DNA of 63,637 nucleotides, counting the filler, from Babesia bigemina (taxonomy: Eukaryota), in NCBI RefSeq assembly GCF_000981445.1. It is 6 parts of 6 records of this genome, joined end to end, with 100 filler letters (N's around TTAATTAATTAA, not from the genome) between each part and the next. Parts side by side here need not be neighbours in the genome. Positions count along the whole stretch, not along the records: positions 1 to 18,407 come from NW_012237131.1; positions 18,508 to 33,155 come from NW_012237133.1; 4 more parts are not named here. The stretch is one strand, 5' to 3'. This document shows, in pieces, positions 9,108 through 22,300 of this stretch (position 1 is its first letter; the number at the start of each line of letters is the position of its first letter). A model generated the notes under the pieces. That model worked only from the letters and a program-made list of their open reading frames with translations. It was not told the DNA's origin and did not search any database. Made by a program: the position numbers and the translations under genes.

Positions 9108-9500
9108 GATGAGGGGACTGGGAGCGGCAGTGGTAGTGTTGCAGTTGGTGAGTGCTGCTTAGGTGATCGATATGCCAGCAGGTTGAGGGGACTGGGAGCG
9201 GCAGTGGTAGTGTTGCAGTTGGTGAGTGCGTTGCTTAAGTGATTGATGTTAGCAGGTTGAGGGGACTGGGAGGGGCAGTGGTAGTGTTGCAGTTGGTGAG
9301 TGCTGCTTGAGTGATTGATATGCTTGCAGGCTGAGGGGAATGGGCGCGGCAGTGGTAGTGTTGCAGTTGGTGAGTGCGTTGCTAGGTGATCGATATGCCA
9401 GCAGGTTGAGGGGACTGGGAGCGGCAGTGGTAGTGTTGCAGTTGGTGAGTGCGTTGCTAGGTGATCGATATGCCAGCAGGTTGAGTGGACTGGGAGGGGA
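9108..9500 (+). repeat. ~75-bp tandem repeat (5 intron-like units)
   Basis: GT..CAG segments at 9148-9181, 9222-9255, 9296-9329, 9370-9404, 9445-9479. Confidence 0.9.
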
Positions 9501-9502
9501 AG

Positions 9503-9943
9503 ATGGCGACGTGTAAGTGCGGCAAAAAGTGTACGGGGAATAATTGTTATTGCTGTTACTTGTGTTGTAAACAATGTAGTTCATGCTTTTCTCAATGTCG
9601 TACGTTTTACCAAGCTCGCTACGGGGGAGCGGAATGTGATCCTGATGGATGTAAAGAGTGTGACACTATGAGTTGTGTATGTAACTGTTGTCTACGCAAG
9701 AAAGCTAAAAATTCCCGTCAACAACTTGCCGCCAGTCGAGAGCTGTCTTCTACTTCTCTTCCCTCCGGTCATCCTCTTGCGGAGCTTCACACCTCCGGTC
9801 TACAGCCTTCCGTCGCTGACTCAGCATTTTCCCCCGCCCCTTACATCATTGCCCCCGTCGCCCTAATCATCGTCGTCATTTGCGTCATGATCTACTTCCG
9901 CGTCCGGCCGTTCCACAGGGTGCGGTATCTACTGCGCAGCTAA
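9503..9943 (+). CDS. Small Cys-rich single-pass membrane protein (146 aa from ATG 9503)
   Basis: MATCKCGKKCTGNNCYCCYLCCKQC...; TM and tail nearly identical to 408-860; same GAAGATG start context. Confidence 0.85.
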   Translation: MATCKCGKKCTGNNCYCCYLCCKQCSSCFSQCRTFYQARYGGAECDPDGCKECDTMSCVCNCCLRKKAKNSRQQLAASRELSSTSLPSGHPLAELHTSGLQPSVADSAFSPAPYIIAPVALIIVVICVMIYFRVRPFHRVRYLLRS

Positions 9944-10027
9944 TCACAACAACCTGATCGGCAACTGACATCTAATGTTATAGACAGAGTAATGATTGCG
10001 TTGATGACCAATCACATGAGCAGCGAG

Positions 10028-10560
10028 GTGACCAATGCCTCGACCAAAGTGCTGCCCAATGTGCTGACCAACGTGCTGACCAATGTGTTGGCTAAGGTGC
10101 TGACCAAAGTGCTGACCAATGCCGTGACCAGAGTGGTGACCAACGTGTTGACCAAGGTGGTGACCAAGGTGGTGACCAATGCCATGACCAGAGTGGTGAC
10201 CAAACACATGACCAACGTGATGACCAAGCACCTGACCAAGTTGATGGTTACGGCAGCGATGACATGGACACGGCAGCGATGACATGGACACGGCAGCGAT
10301 GAGGTGGTCACGGCAGCGATGACATGGACACGGCAGCGATGACAGTGGTGACCAAAGTGGTAATTATTATGCACTCCACATCGCTCCTTAACCCACTCTA
10401 CATCGCCCCTTTATCCACTCTTCATCGCTCATAACCCACTCCACATCGCTCCCTAATCCACTCTACATCGCCCCTTTATCCACTCTAAATCGCTCCCTAA
10501 CCCACTCTACATCGCCCCTTTATCCCCTCTTCATCGCTCCCTAACCCACTCTACATCCCT
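10028..10560 (+). repeat. Short 12-bp / 20-bp / 22-bp satellite triplet
   Basis: 12-bp ~10028-10240, 20-bp ~10245-10345, 22-bp ~10370-10560. Confidence 0.9.
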
Positions 10561-10585
10561 TGAATTACTTCGCCATAATACCGCT

Positions 10586-13500
10586 ATGACCTTCTTAAAC
10601 CATAGCAATAACTTGTGCCTTGTCACCCTTCACTTCCCCACTTCCACCTCTTGCCAATGCCCTGACCATGTGCCGCCTAGGGAGCTTGACAAGAAATTTG
10701 ACTAAATTTTGAACCTAAAAAATACCTCAAATAATGACCCTACTAACATCCGTAATAACCTCTGCACCGGCCTCGAAACTTTCCTCGGCTTCAACAAAGA
10801 CTCCAAAGGCTACGACGGCACTGGGATTGTGTACTCCGACGTTGACAGGCTGTGTGATGCAGTGATGGGATTTTTGCTTAGCTGCCTGGAGGGAAGTATA
10901 GACCTATTAAAACATTACAATCCTGATATAGTAAATACAATTCACGCTTTAAAATCTTCGATAGGCAAGGGACGTGGCGTTTCGGGATTTGCCACTGCCA
11001 TTGAGAAGGTTAAGAGCGGGCTGCAGGGGTATGAGAGTGGACTTAGTAATAGAAGCCAGCAGGTTGTTGGGGATCTAACGGCTATAAAGCATAACATCGG
11101 TAATTTAAATAAACAATTGAAAGAAATGCATGATAGGAAATTGTCTGGACAGTTAGCTGTCATTTCGCAAAACGCAAAATTTTTTGTGACCATGGCAGAT
11201 AAGACGGAGACAGACGGTAAAGAGTTGGATGAGGGTCTGAGAAATAGATTAGAGAAAAGTGTAAGTTTGGTAAAACAGGGCGCTGATAACTTTAAAAAAA
11301 TAAACAATAACAGCAAGCTTCAACATCAAGCTGAATTTGTAGACAAAGCTCTCACGACTCAACAAAGTGTTTTGCGAAGCGCCATTGAATATGAGACAAA
11401 ATGTGTCCAGGAAACATTACATGAAAGTGTTGAACAGGTGCAGAGTGAGTTGGCAGCCATTAGAACTGCGAAATTGAAAACAGAGATGAGGAAGCTCAGG
11501 TAAGCTCTCCATGAGACCAAAAACGAATTTAACGCTTTGTTAAAAAAATTTGATGCGTCGTATAGAAGCAGAATTTGTCAAATGTTTGTCGAGTTAACAG
11601 ACAAATCGAGGGCTATCAAACGTGGGAGTGAAGGCAATGATCCGTCTCAGCTCCGAAAGGAAATTGAGCAAATTATGTCAGCGGTCAAGGATATTGGTCA
11701 CGAATTAGGCAGCCATGTTCTAACTTTGGATGCATGGATTTCAGATGCGGAACAAAAACGTGAAGCGGCGCACAGCAAGGCACAGACTGTTTTTGTTGCT
11801 TTGGATAACGGAACTAGGCAAGGTGGTGATAAAAAGACGAAACTTGGCAAACATATTAAAAATATTGGAGACGCGCAAAAGACGATCTCGGCCACAAATG
11901 AGGCCCTAAAAACTGAGGCTGCTAAATTAGAGCTGTGGAAAACTGAGGCAACCAAGGTTGTTCAGGAAGCAGGGCGGAAGTGTTCCGCTGTTGTTGCTGC
12001 ACTAAACAAGACAGCAGAACCGATATTCAACACGAAGTTTCAGGAAATTAAGCAGAAGGCGCAACAGATTGACAGCGCACATACCGTGGCGAAGCAGAAA
12101 CTTACAGAGGTTGCTAAAAAAGCCAGCGCCGCCTACGCAAAGTTACAAAACATTAGTAGTGAGGTTAGAGGGCAAATTCAAGGAAAAGTGGTGGATGCTC
12201 TACGTAGCCTCAAGGCTGCGTTGCAAAATAAGGACCGGGAGCTTAGAACGCAGATCGAAAAGCAGGGAAAAGGTAAAAAGTGTGTCATATCAGGCTTCGG
12301 AGGTGACAAGCACACAGATATAACCAACATCAAAGGGGAAAACGTCATAAAGCCATGGCTTGAAGATATTGCTGTATCACTTAATGGACCACTCGAAGAG
12401 GCTGCTCGTTCCGGTGTGGATGCTCTTCAGCAGCACATTTTAAAAGAAGCCACGGTGCAGGCACTTCAAAACTCCGACACGGCAATCCTGGTTAACGGAG
12501 CCGAAATAAACACACAATCTTCAGATATTCAAGTAGCAGTGGCAGCAATTGAGTCTCAGCTAAACACTATATCCGAAATGGTTGAACAGACGCACAAAAA
12601 TAATGATATTAAAGACTATTTGACAGATTTAGAGATGCTCATTGAAACCACGAATGAGGAAAAGTATACGCTACAAGCACAGTATACGCATAATAACATC
12701 CAGGTTTACGGCCTCTCAAAAATCTACAGTGGACTCTGCTATCGACAAAAACAATTAGAAACGCCCATCAGCACAATCGCTTCATCTATCGACGAAATTA
12801 CCAACGAACTTTCAAGACTTCGAAATGAGCTGAAGCATTCAACCGGTAATGACATAATTTTGACTTTGCAACAGATGGAAAGGCGCATTGGTCATGCAAC
12901 CAACAGTCCCAACAGTCTTTCACATCTCAAAACTGAGATTGGAAAATTGCAAGAAGACCAATTGTCTAACAACGTAGACGGTAAAATTCAAAGAGTCATC
13001 ACAGCAGCGCTATCGACGGTGACGGCGGTCGAAGACCTACCTGTTGCAGTTGAAGCTGCAAGAAATGTTGCAGACGGTCTAATGGTTAACTTGGAGCAGC
13101 GCATCAAATCTCTGTATGAAAAAGTAGTGGCCATTGACCCAGTAGTGAATAGCGCTGAACAAGTCATGACGCAGTGTATATTAGATATTGAAGGTAGATT
13201 AGCTCACGCTAAAGAAAATGTTACCGATGCCGTCATACAACTCAGAACCAAACTACTCGATCTCTTCAACACCGCCTTCGCCGCCCTCACCCACCAAGTC
13301 CAATCCCTCTTCGCGAAGCAGAAGCAGGCCGAGCTCGCCGCGCTGGAGAACGTTGTCACGGAGCAGTTGCGGGAGATTGAGAGGGTTATTGAGGAGGATA
13401 GGGGTAGCGGGGTGAAGGGTTTCTTGAGCAACGTAATGGAGAGAATTGAAGAAGAATTTCTAGATCCATTACCATCTTTGCCCAGACTTGATAAAACCAT

Positions 13501-16039
13501 CACCCTCGATAAATTGGCCGGGAGAACAAAATTATTTTTACACGCACTTTTCATGTACGTCGAGGGGCAAGTGAAAGATTTGGTTCCAAGTGACGACCCA
13601 AATCAGCCTTCAACTCCAACCGCAAATAATCAATCTCGTCAAGTTGCCAAAATTAGAGATAACCTCAACACATTACTTGGTTCACTGACTCACTTCAACA
13701 AAATATCAAGTAGCCGCCTTAAGCACCTTAAACAGTCACACGCCAACTTGACGCCTGCTAGGTTTGACGGTAACAATAACCGTCTGCTTGACCTCGTTAG
13801 AGACGGGGTGGGAGGCTTCATTTCTGAGTTGGAGTATGCCTATGTCAGTGCGTACTCTAAGCAACAGTGGGAGAAAGAGCATTCAACAAAGTACGCTAAG
13901 ATAGGTTTGACGATAATTCCCACGCTATATGAGTCGTTAATGGAGCTACAAAATGGGCTTCTAAAAAAAGAAAAGGCATGGGATGCTGAACGCCTCTATT
14001 ATTCTGACTCCGACCAGAATCCTCTTGGTGAATACTTCTACCATCACGGTTACCAAGTGCCTAAAAGTGCAGAGATCAGCGACGGTGAATTGAAAAACAA
14101 GTCAGACTTTTGCGGCTCGGATATAATCGTTCTGATTAATAGCGTAGATCATAAGTGGTTCAATACGACGAAACCAGTCATATTCCGCGGTATTACTGAG
14201 AATGATGACGTTACTATCGAACAAGAGGATGACAACGGTGTATTACAAAAACTTCATGACTGTCTCGTACTATACTCTAGAGTCTGCCACCTCACGCACG
14301 TCGCATCACCTAAGGCGCCGTGTTCCGTCTATGAAATGTTGTGTTGGCTTACAGGCCTCCAGTTTAATTCTGTATTCAATCCACTTCTGAATCATGTTAA
14401 AGCACTTTTCATGGCACCCGTTGCTCCAAACTCATCGGAGAAAATGCTGAAACCCATAAACGCCTATCCAAAAGAGTTTTCGCTCAGCGACGTTAGTTCT
14501 GCTGTAGATCACATCTGTTCATATGCGTATGCGTTGCTAACCACCATCCTAGGAACTGGCGACGCACTTACTGTGTACGCTTGTGATTTTTCTAATAACA
14601 CTTTCAGATTCAAATACCCTGTCAGTGGTGAGGACTGTCTCGACATGTTGCTTGATATATTACGTAGACTATTACCAACACTTCAATTTGTATATCGCCA
14701 ATGTAGATTGACTACCGAACATTACGGCTGGTCCGACTGCAAGTACGGTAAGGATGTCGCGTCGTCCAAACAGCCATGCGAAAATCATTCAAGCGATGAA
14801 TCAACGTGCGAACCAAATTACCAAGCAAACTGCCAACCTACGTGCCAACCAACATCGCCGCTGATGAGCTATCTGAATGACTGTTTACCTGGGCACTTAC
14901 CACACCAACTCATTAGAATCGGCTGCAAGTACGAGTGCTCCACATGCCCGACCACGTCAAAAAAAGGTATGCCGTGTCTCACTCCGCTTGGCTTTAAGGC
15001 TTTTTCCGGATCAACAAAGAGAGGCGTAGATATTTCGAACGCCCTTCAATATTTCTTTGCTTGCGACAACATTCGTGCAATATTCAGCCTGGCTCCCAGA
15101 CCACCTGTTACGTTGCCCGAACATTTCGAATTTGCGTTGTGTTTAGTTAGGGAATGGAATACACCAAAATCTGAAATAAACGCTCTCCAAACAAAATTCG
15201 AAACACTAATCGAGGATACGTCCATGTGGTTGGTTAGTGACACAGGAGAGCTCACAAATGCTTTCATAAACGCCTACGGCTCTGCACCCAGCACGAGGCC
15301 ACGAGTACACACAAATACAGAACACTCTGATGTCGCTAGTCTGTGTCTAGGTAACAACACAAAGCCATGTGCCAATCAGTCATGTGCTCCCTACCTTTTA
15401 TCTCTTTGCACTGACTCCTACATGTACCTTGCCCACAAACATTCCGATACCTACTTATCGTGGGCAGTTTATCTGCCATGGACATTTTGGAACTATCTTT
15501 ACAATTTGTATCAGGCTTTCTGCAATATTGCCTGTCGGGATTGGGGATGCCGATCATGTTTACAGAACGACAAGTGCAGACGCGGACAGCATGGTCATAG
15601 CTACAAAGAAGAGGGGAAACCTGAGCAAACACATTGTCAATGCCAATCCATAGTAACCTGTAAGGGCGTGTCACCAACGTTCTATGGTTATGGATTTACG
15701 TTCGGTAATGCATGGGAGTTGAACCGTAGAAAGTTTGAAATCAAATGTTCAAAGTTCTGCGCACAGTTGCATAAAGTCTTAAAGTCTGATCACTTCTGTA
15801 ATTTATTTACACAGTGCGACGAATTCCTCTTCAAGATCCGCGCACCATTCATATGGCTGAATGTATCCCTCTGGCTCCTCTCTTTATTGTACCTCCTCCA
15901 CATCATGGTCGTCCGCCTCGACCTGCTCCACATCAAATCGCATTTGCATAGTCCCTCATCACATCGCATAGCTGCTCAATCACTACTTGCTGCCGCACGT
16001 GTTAACAAGCTTAACAGAGTGTTTTATCTGCAACCATAA
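10586..16039 (+). pseudogene. ves1: ves1-like gene, tail type B (..VNKLNRVFYLQP), with two in-frame TAA stops
   Basis: ATG 10586, ORF 10709-11503 and ORF 11537-16039 are all one frame; stops at 10703-10705 and 11501-11503. Confidence 0.75.
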
Positions 16040-16159
16040 TCGTACTCACGTGTTTACTGTCTACACTCACCTAGCATCACCTACTCACCTAACTCATGAA
16101 TTGTGCTTTAATCTGTTGCATCACTCATTAATCGTTGTATGTGATTGTGTAGTAGTTCA

Positions 16160-17735
16160 CTAAAGTGCTGACCAAAGTGCTGAACAAGGTGCTGACCAAT
16201 GCCATGACCAACGTGCTGACCAACGTGTTGACCAATGCCATGACCAGAGTGGTGACCAATGCCATGACCAAAGTGCTGACCAATTTGCTGACCAAAGCCA
16301 TAAGCAAGGTGGTGACCAATGTGCTGACCAAGCACCTGACCAAGGTGTTGAACAATGCCATGACCAAAGTGGTGACCAATGCCATGACCAAAGTGGTGAC
16401 CAAGTTAATGGTCACGGCAGCGATGACATGGTCACGGCAGCGATGACATGGTGACCTAAGTGGTGATTATTATCCACTCTACATCGCCCCTTTATCCACT
16501 CTTCATCGCCCCATTACCCACTCCACATCGCCCCTTTGTCCACTCTACATCGCCCCTTTACTCACTCTACATCGCCCCTTAACCCACCCTTCATCGACCC
16601 TTTATCCACTCTACATCGCTCCCTAACCCACTCCACATCGCTCCCTAACCCACTCCACATCGCTCCTTCACCTTTTCTAATCGCTCCCTAACCCACTCTA
16701 CATCGCTCCTTTACCCACTCTACATCGCCCCTTTATCCACTCAACATCGCCCCTTAACCCACTCTACATCGCCCCTTAATCCACTCCACATCGCCCCTTT
16801 ATCCACTCTACATCGCTCCCTTATCCACTCTACATCGCTCCTTTGTCCACTCCACATCGCTCCCTTATCCACTCTACATCGCCCCTTTACCCACTCTACA
16901 TCGCCCCTTAACCCACTCTACATCGCCCCTTAACCCACTCTACATCACTCCCTAACCCACTCCACATCGCTCCTTAACCCACTCTACATCGCTCCTTTAC
17001 CCACTCTACATCGCTCCCTAACCCACTCTACATCGCCCCTCAATCCACTCTACATCGCCCCTTTACGCACTCTACATCGCCCCTTTACGCACTCTACATC
17101 GCCCCTTTACCCACTCTACATCGCCCCTTTACGCACTCTACATCGCCCTTTGTCCACTCTACATCGCTCCCTAACCCACTCTACATCGCCCCTTTATCCA
17201 CTCTACATCGCTCCTTTATCCACTCTACATCGCTCCTTTATCCACTACACATCGCTCCCTAATCCACTCTACATCGCCCCTTTACCCACTCTACATCGCC
17301 CCTTAATCCACTCTACATCGCTCCTTAACCCACTCCACATCGCCCCTTAATCCACTCTACATCGCTCCTTAACCCACTCTACATCGCTCCTTAATCCACC
17401 TTACATCGCTCCCTAACCCACTCCACATCGCCCCTTTATCCACTCCACATCGCTCCTTATCCACTCTACATCGCTCCCTAACCCACTCTACATCGCTCCT
17501 TTATCCACTCTACATCGCCCCTTAACCCACTCCACATCGCTCCCTAATCCACTCTACATCGCCCCTTTACCCACTCTACATCGCTCCCTAACCCACTCCA
17601 CATACCCCTTTACCCACTCTACATCGCCCCTTAACCCACTCTACATCGCTCCCTTACCCACTCTACATCGCTCCTTAACCCACTCCACATCGCTCCCTAA
17701 TCCACTCTACATCGCCCTTTTATCCACTCCAAATC
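16160..17735 (+). repeat. 12-bp / 20-bp / 22-bp satellite triplet (long 22-bp array)
   Basis: 12-bp ~16160-16405, 20-bp ~16408-16452, 22-bp ~16470-17735. Confidence 0.92.
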
Positions 17736-17789
17736 ACTCGAATTACCTCGCCATAATACCGCTATGACCTCTTTAAACCTTTATAAAAA

Positions 17790-18407
17790 CTTGCTGATAC
17801 TGACCATTTTCTCACTGACGATGCTACTAGAAGAGCCTTGGATGACATTGACTCCAAGCTCATTAGCCTTGGTCACCTTGCTGGTCAACTTGGAGGATTT
17901 GTTGGTCAAAGTGAGAGTGTTAAGAAAGCCGTTATGTATGCTATTATCGCTAAATTAACAGTCATGAAGAGCTTAAAAATGATTACTCCTCTCATGTTAC
18001 TAAGCTTTCTGAGTCTGTTAACTCTGCTGGCAAGGTGATGACACCGGTGTAATTGGTTCACTTCAACTTGAAGTGTCTAAAAAAATTGCCGAAAATACTT
18101 ATCAAATTACGCCACTTAATAAGCCTAATAACCTTAATCATAACTCTTCTTCCCCCCTCTTCTCTGCTGGGCTAACCAATTTCATTCCAAATTGGAAGCT
18201 TTTGGAAAAATGGAGAAACTTTGGGGAATTTTGAACAATTCTAATAAAAAACACAATGAGCCCTAAAATCTCTTAATTAATTTATGTGACGGGCTCCAAA
18301 ATTTTTCTCCGCTTCAACTCCTAAATCCAAGGCTACACTGGCCAGGGAATTGTGTACTCTGACTTGGAAAGGCCGTGTGATGCATGATGGGAATTTTTGA
18401 TTGGTGT
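17790..18407 (+). pseudogene. 5' fragment of ves1-like gene, frameshifted and cut by contig end (probably low-quality sequence)
   Basis: DIDSKLISLGHLAGQLGGFVGQSESVKKA matches the 45531 and 55812 ORFs; degraded GIVYSDL block near 18345. Confidence 0.7.
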
Positions 18408-18507
18408 NNNNNNNNNNNNNNNNNNNNNNNNNNNNNNNNNNNNNNNNNNNNTTAATTAATTAANNNNNNNNNNNNNNNNNNNNNNNNNNNNNNNNNNNNN
18501 NNNNNNN
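18408..18507. other. Assembly spacer N44-TTAATTAATTAA-N44
   Basis: Identical 100-nt construct also at 33156-33255, 36263-36362, 45009-45108, 56638-56737; 12-mer gives stops in all six frames. Confidence 0.98.
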
Positions 18508-19250
18508 TGGCATTGGTCAGCACGTTGGTCAGCACGTTGGTCAGCACTTTGGGCAGCATCTTGGTCAGCACGTTGGTCAACACGTTGGTCAGCACTTTGG
18601 TCAGCACTTTGGTTATGGCATTGGTCAGCACTTTGGTCATGGCATTGGTCAACACGTTGGTCAGGTGCTTGGTCACCACTGTCATCGCTGCCGTGCCCAT
18701 GTCATCGCTGCCGTGTCCATGTCATCGCTGCCGTAACCATGTCATCGCTGCCGTGACCATGTCATCGCTGCCGTAACCATGTCATCGCTGCCGTAACCAT
18801 GTCATCGCTGCCGTAACCATGTCATCGCTGCCGTGCCCATGTCATCGCTGCCGTGCCCATCAACTTGGTCACCACCTTGGTCAGCACATTGGTCACCACT
18901 CTGGTCATGGCATTGGTCACCACTTTGGTCGTGGCATTGGTCAGGTGGTTGGTCAGCACATTGGTCACCACTTTGGTCATGGCATTGGTCACCACATTGG
19001 GCAGCACTTTGGGCAGCATTTTGGTCATGGCATTGGTCAGCACGTTGGTCAGCACGTTGGTCATGGCATTGGTCAGCACGTTGGTCAACACGTTGGTCAG
19101 CACTTTGGTCAGCACTTTGGTCAGCACATTGGTCAGCACGTTGGTCATGGCATTGGTCAGCACTTTGGTCAGCACATTGGTCAGCACGTTGGTCATGGCA
19201 TTGGTCAGCACTTTGGTCAACACTTTGGGCAGCATCTTGGTCAGCACTTT
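18508..19250 (-). repeat. 12-bp / 20-bp / 12-bp satellite block
   Basis: TTGGTCA 12-nt period 18508-18680 and 18862-19250; CATCGCTGCCGT 20-nt period 18681-18860. Confidence 0.92.
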
Positions 19251-19372
19251 AGTTAACTATTACACAATCACATACAACGATCAATGAGTAAATCAACACA
19301 TTAAAGAACAATTCATAAGTTAGGTGAGTAGGTGATGCTAGGTGAGTGTAGATAGTAAACACGTGAGTAGGA

Positions 19373-22300
19373 TTAAGGTTGCAGATAAAACACTCTGTTA
19401 AGCTTGTTAACACGTGCGGCGGCGAGTAGTGATTGAGCAGCGATACGGTGAGATGAGGGACTATGTAGATGCGATTTGATGTGGAGCAGGTCTAGGCGGA
19501 TGACCATGACGTGGATGAGGTACAACAAAGAGAGGAGCCAGAGGGCCAATACTGTGAATGAGAATTTCTCTCTAATATCCCACAAGAATTGGTCGATTTG
19601 TTTGCGTAATTCAATAAGCACCGAACCTTCAGCAAGCATCTTCTTCAACGCTTCGCAGAAATCTCTGCACGTCCTTTTAGACCCTTCATTATTACCAGAG
19701 CCATTCAGTCCCCATGGGTGTCCGAAGGTAAAACCGTATCTGTACAGGGTAGGGTGAGTGTCACGGCAGTTAACTATGGATTTGCAGTAAGTCGAATGGT
19801 TGTGGGTAGGGGATAGACTCGTAGGCTTCCCTGTTGAATCAGTGTATTTGACTTGGCAGTTTTCAACACAGCTCTTCACATGACATTTACTTCCGGCTGG
19901 ACCACATTTCTTGCAACAGTCGTCATATAATTTCTTAAGCAGATCGCAGAATGTCTCCGTGATGTACACGATCCACGACAAATGGTTGGCCTTATGTTCG
20001 GCAGAGTAATACCTAGTAATGTCCTGTGTCATTGACTTGACATAGAGACCACATGGCGCAACTGAGCCAGACTCGCAATTTGCGATGCTGCATAAATTAC
20101 CTTTCGAATGTTCATCGCCGTGTTTACTGCTGCTAACCAACGAGGTCGGATCGAGATGTCCATATTGTTCTCCGAAGTACGCATCGTTGACAGCCTGCTT
20201 AAATGCGGCTTGTGTATGCGGATTCGATTTTCCGAAGTTTCCATAGAAATCAGCTGCCCATCCTCCGAGGTAACCATAGTAAAACGCAAAGATGTCTCCC
20301 AGCGTCTGCGGAGGTTTCTGCAAAAGACACGTCAGCTGAGCGCAAAGCTTCGTTAGTGGCGCAGATTCACTGCCGCAAAAGTCATGAAGCACCTTCTTGA
20401 GATACGCTCCCGTCTGCCTGTGAGAGGCCGTGACACTGATGTCAGCGAAGCCCATGGGCGTTCTGCAAGGGATACCTCTATGGTTGGAGAGCGTACATGT
20501 CAGCTTACAACCTGGCTTGGTGAAGGAGTGTGGCAAAAAGCCAGGGAGACCATCCTCTAAAAAGGACTGAAGCGGCGATTTTATACCGCACTGAGCAATT
20601 TGGCTACAGTTTTGGTTACACTTTTGCTTGTGTATTTGGTTGCCCTTTTGGTTAGGACATTGCATAGCATTACACTTCCAGTCGGACCCGCCTACTTGGT
20701 TTCCGTACCAACAGTCACGCCAACTGACGGAGGGTTCCTCGTTGCTGCATTGGCCGTAGAGGAAGAAAAGTTGCTGGTAGAGCCGATTCAGCACGTCGCA
20801 CAGCATATCGAAGCAAGCACCGGGGGCGGTGGGATATGAGAAACCGTCGGGGTTAGTGTTGAAGTCAACGGCATAAATGCCGTCCGCGTGGCCGTGGCCG
20901 AGAATGGAAGTGAGCACATCTTCAGCAGCAACGCAAACCTTTTGAATGGTAGATGTCAGAGTTGACGCTGCGATGGCTTGGGGGTAAGCTGGCAAGGTGT
21001 CAGGGTCCTTAAGCAGAACAGGTAGGCCGTCTGGGTTACCTTCACCGGAATCTTCATCAGGCTTCTCAAACAGGTCACCAATGTCGCTGACTGATACTTT
21101 CGAAAACACGCGGTTGTGAGACAGTCCAGTCAACCATACGAGCATTTGATAGACAGACGATGGTGATTTTGGTCTCTCGATGTGGCGGAGGTGGCAAGCA
21201 GTGTAATACTGATGAAGGTGCCTGAATAGGCAATTCAGTATTCCAACCACACCAAATGGCGATTTTGTGGCGGCTGTCGTCACTTTTTCATCATGTTCAT
21301 TTCCTTCCTCTTTACACTTCTTGAGGTGTTCATTGTCGGAGCCTCTTGGCTTATCAAGAAACTTGAAGATGTGGAAACCGATCATTCCAGGTTTGTCCTG
21401 TAACTCACCAGTCTGCTTGTCTTTTTCAGAATTCACTTCGTAACCTCGGCGAGCAAGGAAATAGCCAATTGACGTGTCTTTGTATATTTTGTCCTGTCTC
21501 CATGTGCTACCCGAATATTTTTTCAAAGGGTTCAAGTCGTCACATAATGTGGTAAGTGACGTAAGAAACACCTTAGAGAGTTTAGTTCCATATGCCGTTA
21601 TTTTGTCTTCTTTCACCATCTCACCCACTTCGACTCCCGAGTACCTGCTGACGTACTGCTTCGCGAGCTCCCCGTGGAACGCCCGGACGCCGGCCTTGAC
21701 GACGTTGAGCAGCGGGGAGGCCTCGGCGAATTTTGCGGGGGTGAGGGTGTCGAGTTGCGCGTGGAGGTCGGCGAGCTTGGTGGAGACGGTGGCGGAGAAG
21801 TGGCGGTGTTCGTGCATTGTGGACAGGAGGGCGGAGAGGGCGGCGATGAGGGGGGTGAGACGGTCACGGTAGGAACTGACGTCTCGTTGCCAGGTAACTT
21901 CTTCTAGGAATTTAGCAAAAAATGAAGCCAATTTATCGGCGAAAATATTCATTTCGGTGTCTGACGGATATACCCTGCGTTCTTCAAACGTCTGCTTCAA
22001 CTTGCCCATCAGGCCCTTGATGCCCGTATCCATGTCGTCGACAATATTGCTCTTGATGGAGGAGAGCTGATTGGACACTGATGTGTAGACAGCACGCAAC
22101 TCTGCTTTTTTTTGCTCGGCAAACATTTTCTGGACGTGCTCTTCCAAGTCGTTGAAGGCTTTATTTGTTGTCGCTTGAAGATCACTTCTGAGCAAGGACA
22201 TAGTAACGTTGGCGGTACTTTGAGCATCTTGTAAAGATGTTTGTAGCTGTGATATTGCAGCATCTAAGACTGCATTGGCAGCGTTCACAGGCTCCTCTAT

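Noticed and set aside
18408..18507. TTAATTAATTAA palindrome and apparent strand switch of genes across gaps
   Set aside because: Artificial scaffold spacer; order and orientation across gaps carry no biological information
18819..19287. Overlapping ORFs with VLTN/GQHF/WSAL/LVST repeats here and at other 12-bp arrays
   Set aside because: Open in several frames on both strands because the unit is 12 bp; repeat artefact
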